A stretch of DNA of 64,000 bases from Promethearchaeati archaeon SRVP18_Atabeyarchaeia-1 (GTDB taxonomy: Archaea; Asgardarchaeota; Atabeyarchaeia; Atabeyarchaeales; Atabeyarchaeaceae), in assembly GCA_037308085.1 (NCBI GenBank), contig CP147779.1, forward strand, positions 2,336,001-2,400,000, in the 5' to 3' direction. Below the pieces are notes generated by a model that did not search any database, was not told the origin of the DNA, and saw nothing but the letters and a program-made list of their open reading frames with translations. The position numbers and the translations under genes were made by a program. Of the stretch, positions 56,751 through 64,000 are shown in pieces. How positions within the stretch are numbered: the first letter of the stretch is position 1; the number at the start of each line of letters is the position of its first letter.

Positions 56751-56961
56751 GGTTCTGATAAGCACCTCATAAGTATGCTGCCGTTATGATCTTTCTAGCC
56801 TATGCCTAAATTACCTTTCGCTAGATGGATTTAAGCCTAGGGAGAGTATTTCGGAAGTCGCAAGGCACGTAATCCGTGTAGGACACCTTCGGAGGACAAG
56901 CGCCTTCTGCCATCCAAGTTTCGCTTGCATTACAGAAAAATATGGGGTAGGGAGACTCCAT

Positions 56962-57720
56962 TCAAAGTATTCCGCTTAGCAACTGCACAATGATAACGTT
57001 GCCAATTAGGTACGGCACAATCGACGCCAGTACACCCATTATCACCATTTCGCCGCCCGACTTCAGCCAATGCTTCATCGTGAAGGTTGACTTCCATACG
57101 CCAATTGCAAATAGAAGAATGTAAGTCACTGCTGCCGCCGCAATAAGCCCTGTCTCAGGGATGTAGGTGAAGAAGAATGGTGTGAGAGGTACCACTCCGC
57201 CGACTAGGAATGCAACGAACATTACTAGCGCTACCTTGACTGGGTTTTCGAATCGTTCTGCTATGATTCCCAGCTCTTCTCTCATCATTACGTCGAGCCA
57301 TATTTTCTTATCTTCGGTTAAGCGGTTGACAATCTGTTCTAACTCTGCTTCCGTGAATCTCGCTTTCTTGCGATATATCTGGCGGAGTTCTTCTTTTTCA
57401 ACGGCTGGGAGTTCTTCCATCTCCCGCTTCTCTATGTTCATCTCGCCTTTGTGGTGTTCGATCTCCGATTTTGACGAGATATATGCGCCGACTGCCATCG
57501 AAATTGATCCAGCGACAACCCCTGAAAGACCTGCAATGATTATCTGGGACCGCAAAAGTGCCCCGCCGACTACGCCGGCCAATAGAGCTAATGTTGAGAC
57601 TGACCCGTCGTTGGCACCGAAGACGATCTCTCTAATGCTTACGCGGCTATGCCACTTTTCTCCTTCTTCGATAGCTTTCCTTGCTCTTTCGACGACCGCT
57701 TTCTTGCTGAGTTCAGGCAT
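56962..57720 (-). CDS. VIT1/CCC1 family iron/manganese transporter
   Basis: VFGANDG, GSISMAVGAYIS, E..EL..IY, MMREELG, GGVVPL.PF. Confidence 0.92.
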   Translation of the reverse strand: MPELSKKAVVERARKAIEEGEKWHSRVSIREIVFGANDGSVSTLALLAGVVGGALLRSQIIIAGLSGVVAGSISMAVGAYISSKSEIEHHKGEMNIEKREMEELPAVEKEELRQIYRKKARFTEAELEQIVNRLTEDKKIWLDVMMREELGIIAERFENPVKVALVMFVAFLVGGVVPLTPFFFTYIPETGLIAAAAVTYILLFAIGVWKSTFTMKHWLKSGGEMVIMGVLASIVPYLIGNVIIVQLLSGIL

Positions 57721-58103
57721 CCACTACATCGCCCTCATTTACGCGACTTCACTACGTCATCGCTTTTAAGCTGTGCTATTGTGGTGAAGGATATCGTGTA
57801 TTCAGAATGGAACGGTTCATCCGAAATTTGTTCGTCTTTCTCTGTGATGCATCGCTCGCCCGATGGCTGGGGCTATCGCCACCGTCATCATTCCCGAGTG
57901 ACCTACTATCAGGCAAAGAAGACATGTTTAATGGGCAGGTGGCAATGAAAGCGAATGTTTCCGTGACTTTTCAGTCGTACAAAAACCTCCTTCCCCCACC
58001 CTCTTTTTTCCCCTGTCCTTCCTAGTCTCGCGTTACTGAAAAGTACTTACAGAAATAGAAACCCAGAAGAGAATTGATGGAGCGAGGTGCGCGTGCTAAT
58101 AAC

Positions 58104-58649
58104 TCATTTCGAGGGCTTTCTAACTATTTCGACTTCACAGCACGAGTCACCCAACGGGATCTTCTTATTGTGGTTAATGGTAAAATCTGTCCCTGGGAAC
58201 GCGCCTTTTAACATCCCGCGAACACTCGCTTGGGTCACCTTGTAGCAGGGCGCTGTTTCGCGGGTCCAGACCTTGCTGACCATTTTCCAGACTTCACAAT
58301 CATTAACTCTGAGGATGGCTCTATTCTCGTCAATACACGAAACTTCGCCTTTGACCCTCATCAGCCTTTGCTGCACTCTGGCCACCACGGGTAGCACTTG
58401 GCAGAATCCGCCTTGCAGGTTCAGCTTTGAAACAATCCTCTTCACCAACCTTTCGGAAAAAGTCTCCCACGCCCTAGCATCAAGATCTGTCGCTGCACTA
58501 ACTCCATACTTCTCCGCTGCAGCGATGAACCACGCTCCATCTAGCCTAAGAAAAGCATAAGTCGCTATATCCAAAAGCGCTTCCGAATCTACCTCTGGAA
58601 CTTTCATAGAAACCACCGTGAGGAGACCACCCTTTTCAGAGAAAGCCAC
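58104..58649 (-). CDS. DUF6125/V4R-like Cys-containing domain protein
   Basis: LDGAWF...E.KYG, NDC, PC, IPLGDSCCE; start may be later (MKVP). Confidence 0.65.
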   Translation of the reverse strand: MAFSEKGGLLTVVSMKVPEVDSEALLDIATYAFLRLDGAWFIAAAEKYGVSAATDLDARAWETFSERLVKRIVSKLNLQGGFCQVLPVVARVQQRLMRVKGEVSCIDENRAILRVNDCEVWKMVSKVWTRETAPCYKVTQASVRGMLKGAFPGTDFTINHNKKIPLGDSCCEVEIVRKPSK

Positions 58650-58823
58650 CTATCTCAATAGGTGGTAGTTTACCCAACTCACTTCTATCCTTTCACCGTT
58701 AGACTCGACGCTTCATCAATGATGGTTACCGTGCTTAATAACTAGTAGCATATCGCGCGCGCACACATGAATACGATAGCTCTTCTCGGGACTTCATTTG
58801 GTGCGTTCTTCCTCGTTAGCTTC

Positions 58824-59531
58824 CTAGCCCCCAAGGAATACGGTTGTCGCAACTATCGCGATGCCTATGAGAACCATTCCTACTCCTACCCTTATCCTGC
58901 TTCTGCAGGTGTATCCCGCCCATTCATACCCTACTGCGAAGAGCAGTCCAATTGCGACAACGTTTGAGAGACGGACTGCCGTCCTGAGGCTTGCTGCGAA
59001 CAGGAAGGGAACTATCACCGGGAACGTGGACGAGAACTCGATCAATAATAACAGTAAGGCGCCAATCACATCGTCTTTGGTTACCCCCTCATCGAGAGGT
59101 GAAGCATGCGCAGTGCTTTTGATAATCTCCCTGGTAATTCGCTTTCTTTCTCTGACCCCCAAGGTTCCGATGACGGTATCCGATAATTCATTTTCTATCG
59201 CATGAGCTGCCGATGGCTTGTCTGGCGCTGATCTGATCATTGAGATCAACTTGATGTGCCTATCCCGTCTAAACGCGCTGGTCAGTGTATACATGACTCC
59301 GTCCACTATGCCCCATGCAGCATTGCAGCCTAAGGCTGCGAAGACTATTGATCTCATCCCTGCGGGAGTATCTGGAAGCGTAATCTCCAAAGTGCTGGTC
59401 ACCGTGAGAACCATGATCAGTCCGAAGATAATCTCCGAAAAACGATCTGCAGGAGACAGATACTTTTCTGAGAAACTCCTGATGGGTTTGGAAAGGAAAT
59501 ACGCGGCCATCCGATTACATCTCCACTGCAA
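58824..59531 (-). CDS. VIT family-like membrane protein
   Basis: EIIFGLIMVLT, ALGCNAAWGIVDG, TFPVIVPF, A.RLSN, LGG C-terminus. Confidence 0.75.
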   Translation of the reverse strand: MQWRCNRMAAYFLSKPIRSFSEKYLSPADRFSEIIFGLIMVLTVTSTLEITLPDTPAGMRSIVFAALGCNAAWGIVDGVMYTLTSAFRRDRHIKLISMIRSAPDKPSAAHAIENELSDTVIGTLGVRERKRITREIIKSTAHASPLDEGVTKDDVIGALLLLLIEFSSTFPVIVPFLFAASLRTAVRLSNVVAIGLLFAVGYEWAGYTCRSRIRVGVGMVLIGIAIVATTVFLGG

Positions 59532-59682
59532 ATGGACAATATATCTTGGGGCACGGCCCCCTACATGGTTATTCCCAGAATATCTCTGGAGAGCGCGCTA
59601 CTTTGTCGGTGAAGGCTCAAACGTGCCTGTTTCTGAATCCCGAGTCAATCATGACGTCATAACCCTGCAAGATCCTGTGCTC

Positions 59683-60107
59683 TCAGTCCGCTTTCTTGAT
59701 GAACTTGGCTATGCATTCTGCAAAGAAGTCAAAATCCTTCAGATTCTGCTTCAGGTGCTCACACAGCTCGTCTGTATCCACTTCCATGTATTTGCGAACC
59801 AGAATGTTCCTGAAGCCTGCGGCAGGGGCAACTTCTTGGCAAAGTCTCTGGGCAGGATATTCTCTTTTCCGAGAACCTCTATTACGTCTTTGTATTCCTC
59901 AGGTTTTTGAAGGTCTTTCATGGAAATGATGATCTCGCCTATGTCCAGCACTGATTCCTACGCTAACTGAAAATTCCTTTCTATAGCACTTCTGACCGTG
60001 TAGTCCGCGTTCAGTCTTTCTTTGGTAATGTCCTTAAAGGATTTGAGGAAATCTACATACTTCTTCATGTTCCTCAGTTTGACCAGTATCTTTTCGCTGT
60101 CCTTCAT
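59683..60107 (-). pseudogene. Inactivated HepT-like HEPN toxin
   Basis: ATG 60107; ERNFQLA*ESVLDI with TAG at 59958-59960; frameshift near 59830; the other frame gives APAAGFRNILVRKY...D to TGA 59683. Confidence 0.85.
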
Positions 60108-60517
60108 GATCCTCTCCTCTCGATTATTCTGTCAAGGAATATGCTTAAGCTTCTTTGTTCGTCGTACCTCCGGTCGAGGTAGTGTGACAATATCCCAGAC
60201 TCTATGTCCGTTTTTTCTCCTACATCTCTTATTTGTAGGATTTTGCCGTGTTTAATGATTTCGTAGTTTAGATCTACTGGGGAGTCATTTATAACCACCA
60301 AGTCTAGTTTGTTGGTTTTCAAGATGGACGATACTACGTTGATTAGCTCAAGTTTTAGTTTCTGTCTCTCCTTCTTGCTTAGTCTCTTGTCCAAGAAGAT
60401 GGCAACGTCTACATCGCTTAGTGGTCCTTGGTTTCCTTTCGCACACGATCCAAAGAGGTATGTGAGTTTAACTTGCTCCTGTTTGGCAAGGAATCGCTGT
60501 AGTTTGTCCATCCTCAT
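60104..60517 (-). CDS. MntA-type nucleotidyltransferase antitoxin
   Basis: YLFGSCAKG, SDVDVAI, DLVVIN, YEIIKHG; ATGA overlap with the HEPN pseudogene. Confidence 0.9.
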   Translation of the reverse strand: MRMDKLQRFLAKQEQVKLTYLFGSCAKGNQGPLSDVDVAIFLDKRLSKKERQKLKLELINVVSSILKTNKLDLVVINDSPVDLNYEIIKHGKILQIRDVGEKTDIESGILSHYLDRRYDEQRSLSIFLDRIIERRGS

Positions 60518-60649
60518 CCCTGTTTCATCCCGTAATAACGGTCTGCGTTTTGCCCTTATTATTTGCTTGCGATGGACACCGGTCAGACCCCAACAAAGCG
60601 AATGTTTTAATAATTGTCTCGCCCTTAATACAGTGGAAGGAAAGTAGCA

Positions 60650-61411
60650 ATGCCTGTAAATGGGTCGAATGAGGTAGGCTCAATGGGAGAACCTACCCAA
60701 ACCTCTAGCACACTTTCGGAGGAAGCGCTATGCGTACTGCAGGCCTACGGGACGTCAACATATGAGCTGGAGGAGACCCTGTTCCACAAGTACATCATGG
60801 TCTGCGCCGCAAGGAAGAGGGAGGAGCCCGCATACTCGGAGAGGGATAAGTTCCATCAGCTTCTGGATAAGCTCTCCGACGTTGGCTACCTCAAACTCAT
60901 AAGCAGAGGGGACAAGCTCTACTGGATGAGACTTCGCTCAGCCCTGGAGCTGGAGGAGGGAGGACAGGCAATCACACCGGAGAAAGCGGCTCAGATCATA
61001 GGCGAAGCAAGGACCAGAAGAGCAGAAGATGAAAAGGAATCGATTCGTCGTGGCAGAGATGAGTCGGCAGAGGTCCAGAAACCAACGGTCGGAGAAATAG
61101 CTGATGTCGTACTGAGCGAGCTACAGAAGAACTATGAGCCTGAGAAACTGAAGAGCTACGTAGCCAGAGATGGGGCTGGAGACATCAGAAGACCAATCAA
61201 GGAGATGCACGAAGCGCTGATTAGTGGTGTCGACGAGTTCAGGCTATACATTGAGAGAAGCATACCGCCTAAGCTAAAAGGTCAGCTTACCTACTTCCTT
61301 GCAACGTGTGGCAGAGACTCCCTGCTAGCAGCACTCGCCATATCTCTAATGATGCCACTCCGGACGTCAGCATCCGTATCTGCCCGAGAAGAACCTAAGC
61401 CTACCCAGTAA
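60650..61411 (+). CDS. Hypothetical protein, possible N-terminal winged helix
   Basis: 253-aa ORF; FHQLLDKLSDVGYL...LYW resembles a wHTH recognition helix and wing. Confidence 0.6.
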   Translation: MPVNGSNEVGSMGEPTQTSSTLSEEALCVLQAYGTSTYELEETLFHKYIMVCAARKREEPAYSERDKFHQLLDKLSDVGYLKLISRGDKLYWMRLRSALELEEGGQAITPEKAAQIIGEARTRRAEDEKESIRRGRDESAEVQKPTVGEIADVVLSELQKNYEPEKLKSYVARDGAGDIRRPIKEMHEALISGVDEFRLYIERSIPPKLKGQLTYFLATCGRDSLLAALAISLMMPLRTSASVSAREEPKPTQ

Positions 61412-61537
61412 TGAGATTCACGCTGAACAAGACATTTTTCTGGGGGGGTTAGAGGTCGACCCTATTCTCCTCTTAGCGTAGGGGACGACAGGAATCCAAA
61501 AAAAGAAAAGGGAAGTTGTCGGAGCGTCCTTTCCGCA

Positions 61538-62950
61538 CTATTTAATCTTCTCCAGTTCCTTTCCCCTGCACTCCAATTTCTCACGGCACGTGGCGAAGTC
61601 TTTTGGATAAGTCCTGTAGACGAGTGTATAGAATAACAGGCAGAAAGCCCATGGGATTACTGCCATGAGGAACATTGCTGAACCCAGCGCTTGGGCTATT
61701 TCGAAATGTCCCATTCCGCTGCCAAACAGGGTTATATCAGTTATGACGCCTACGAAGAAGGTTCCGAGCGCCCCTACTGAACCTTCGAAGACGCGGTCCA
61801 CGGAGAAGACTGATGCCCTTATCTCGGGCTCGAATATGTCACTGAAGATCGAGCTGTTGATTGGTCCGCACCATGATATTAGTAGACCAGTGAGGAACCC
61901 GAAGATCATATACAAGCCGAATGAGTCGACACTCATCGGGATCAACAAGAAGATCACGAACATCATAGGTATGCCTGAGAACACCGAGATCTGTGCTGCA
62001 ATGATTCTGCCACTCTTTGGACGCCACCTTGCTGCCCTGTCGCCAATCCACCCTCCAAGGAAGTTCCCTAGGGCCGCACCCACGGCGATTACCACGAACA
62101 TTATTCCAGCAGTCAGGGGATCGAATCCTATGTTTTCGAACCATTGGACCATGAACATTATTCCATTCCAAGGGATCGTTCCTGCGACACCCTGCGCTAG
62201 TATACAGAGGAATGTGCTGTTCCTTAGAATTCTCCCATAGTCTGAGCGCTTCACCTTGTATTTCTCTGCCTTCTGCCAGGTCAAAGCCTTTGCGAGCTCA
62301 GGTTCAACCCCACCGCGCAGAGGGTCCTTGACAAGCAGCCATACGAGCAAACCGATAATCACGGATACTGTGCTCCATACGACCAAGCCGAACCTCCAGC
62401 CAGTGAAGCCGAAGACCAGCACGCTCGGGTCGAGCGGCATCGCAACCATGAATATCGTGCCTGCAATTGTGCCAATTACTCCGGTTAGCCCCAGCAATCC
62501 GTAGGCTGCTCCTCTTTTCTCGGGGGGGTAGTAGTCCGAGATCAGGGAATTAGTGGTTGGGATGATTACAGCGAGACCAATGCCAGTTATCGCTCGGAAT
62601 ATTAGCATATCGATGTATTGCGAAGAAAGGGCTGTCAGCAGCGTAAAGATTCCCCAGAACCAGCACCCGAATGCAAGTACTTTTCTTCTCGAGTGCCTGT
62701 CACTCCACCAACCCCAAATCGGTGTCGACACCGACTGGAGAACTGACCTGATTGCAGTGACTGAGGCAAGCTGTGTGAAGGTGAGTGGCTGTCCTCTGGC
62801 TGCGAATTCGTTCTGCACGTTCTGGTATACTGTCGGGAATAGTTGCCCGTCTGAGTTGTCGACGATGTTTGCAAGATTCATCGTAGCGTTTGTGCGCCGC
62901 CTGCTGGGTACCTTTACTTTTGCGGTCTTCTGTGTTTTCTCCTTTGACAA
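61538..62950 (-). CDS. MFS transporter (Spinster-like)
   Basis: WGWWSDRHSRR motif A, RAITGIG, SLISDYYPPEKRG, GGWIGDR; about 12 TMs. Confidence 0.92.
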   Translation of the reverse strand: MSKEKTQKTAKVKVPSRRRTNATMNLANIVDNSDGQLFPTVYQNVQNEFAARGQPLTFTQLASVTAIRSVLQSVSTPIWGWWSDRHSRRKVLAFGCWFWGIFTLLTALSSQYIDMLIFRAITGIGLAVIIPTTNSLISDYYPPEKRGAAYGLLGLTGVIGTIAGTIFMVAMPLDPSVLVFGFTGWRFGLVVWSTVSVIIGLLVWLLVKDPLRGGVEPELAKALTWQKAEKYKVKRSDYGRILRNSTFLCILAQGVAGTIPWNGIMFMVQWFENIGFDPLTAGIMFVVIAVGAALGNFLGGWIGDRAARWRPKSGRIIAAQISVFSGIPMMFVIFLLIPMSVDSFGLYMIFGFLTGLLISWCGPINSSIFSDIFEPEIRASVFSVDRVFEGSVGALGTFFVGVITDITLFGSGMGHFEIAQALGSAMFLMAVIPWAFCLLFYTLVYRTYPKDFATCREKLECRGKELEKIK

Positions 62951-63457
62951 ATCCGTTGTTCGCCTCCTTGAATTTTCAAAATCGTACCCATCATGTTTAC
63001 GGAGCGGGTGTATGTTATTAACCAGTTAATAAAGGTTGATGAGAAGAATCAGTCCGTTATATGCAGCACTTATCAGTATGTTGGCTTCCCGCGCCTTTAT
63101 TTGGCTTCACCAAACCAGCCTGGGAGAAAACCCACCCGATAACCTATCAGCTGTGCTTGTTCCGTAGCTTGGATAATTCCGATCTTGGCGTCAGACTGTT
63201 ACATTTCTTTCGTCCCCAAGGAATCCTTTGCAGGCTGACAATCTGCAGACCATGAAGAGTGCGGCGCTACCTGGTGGCGAGCAGTCCACGCGCGCGATTG
63301 ACCTGGCATGAAATGCTGGATCAGCCATAAAGATCCGTTGGGGTTCCCACCCTGCTTTTTTGCCTTATATAGGATGCCTGTGTGATCGCCTCCCAGCCTG
63401 AGACTAGCATCAAGGAATCTCCCAAAGGGAGGCTGAGGAGCCACGAACATCAAGAAT

Positions 63458-64000
63458 ATGATAGTAACCCGCAAGGCGAAGAGTTCTGTCAGGGAGTTTG
63501 AATGGGTCACGGACCACCCTATGGAGTGCCAAGAGGCATTCATCACAAAGCTGGCCAAGAAAAATGGGAACACCCTGTTCGGCAGGCACCACAGTTTCGA
63601 GAGAGTCCGATCAGTTGATGATTATCAGAAGCTGGTTCCAGTCCACGACTATGACGCACTCGCGAAGTACATAAATCTGATAATGAGTGGCGAAAAAGAC
63701 ATCCTTTTTCCCGGCGTACCTATCTGGTGGGCTAAGACCTCTGGAACAACGTCGAAGCCGAAGCTGATCCCCGTGCCGAAGGAGATGATGGATTACATCT
63801 CAAACGTCGGTTCGAGGCTTCTCTATTCATTCATAATGGAAGATCCCAAGAGGAATCTCGGTGCGCTATCTGGTAAGCTTCTTTTTCTCAGGGCTCCTTC
63901 GAGAGTGGAGTGCGTGAATGGCGTCCCCGTTGGCTACATAAGCGGAATATCTGGCGAGACACAATCAAGGTTTGCCAGAGGAATGGTTGTTCCAAGTAGG
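63458..64000 (+). CDS. GH3-family acyl-acid amido synthetase-like protein, truncated by the window end; absent from the ORF track
   Basis: MIVTRKAK...HPMECQE...TLFGRHHSF...DYQKLVPVHDYD...GEKDILFPG.P.WWAKTSGTTSKPKLIP...G.ISG. Confidence 0.85.
   Translation, partial: MIVTRKAKSSVREFEWVTDHPMECQEAFITKLAKKNGNTLFGRHHSFERVRSVDDYQKLVPVHDYDALAKYINLIMSGEKDILFPGVPIWWAKTSGTTSKPKLIPVPKEMMDYISNVGSRLLYSFIMEDPKRNLGALSGKLLFLRAPSRVECVNGVPVGYISGISGETQSRFARGMVVPSR

Noticed and set aside
57802-57891. Minus-strand ATGATGA...CTGA as a C/D box sRNA
   Set aside because: Spacing is long for archaeal sRNAs, no clear D' box, and no target could be verified
7722-59960. Three in-frame TAGs (7722, 37295, 59958) as evidence of genome-wide amber recoding
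   Set aside because: Many intact genes end at TAG at their expected C-termini (e.g. 12417, 15456, 27446), and the HEPN case also has a frameshift
1-64000. tRNA, rRNA, CRISPR arrays, integrases or full-length transposases
   Set aside because: None recognised by eye; a tRNAscan/Infernal run would be needed to exclude intron-containing tRNAs

Overview
An archaeal chromosomal window of roughly 50% GC (by eye), with GGAGG/GAGGTG ribosome-binding sites and archaeal-type PurC, pst/PhoU and TET peptidase genes. It is dense in eukaryotic-signature proteins: uDENN/longin domains, a RagA/Gtr1-like and a Rab-like small GTPase, an ESCRT-II Vps22/36-like fragment and a transmembrane RING protein. This points to an Asgard archaeon (inference; the lineage cannot be fixed from sequence alone). 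Most of the window is ordinary metabolism and transport. The notable items are: (1) a 68-bp IS6-like MITE in two copies with perfect 8-bp target duplications, one copy interrupted inside its terminal repeat by a 231-bp IS200/IS605 mini-element that keeps the TnpB omega-RNA end, so the predicted guide is the MITE itself; (2) a co-oriented cluster of uDENN/longin, a KaiB-like CxxC thioredoxin, a CI-type single-domain KaiC and a Rag-like GTPase; (3) an SCP2 lipid-binding domain fused to a glycyl radical enzyme; (4) a thioester (GCAEQ) alpha-2-macroglobulin with no signal peptide, divergent from a receptor-like protein (three-repeat ectodomain, TM, Zn ribbon, RING). Also present are several pseudogenes, two micro-ORFs missed by the ORF track and two candidate structured RNAs. 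No rRNA, tRNA or CRISPR array was seen. All family assignments are by motif recognition; no database searches were run.
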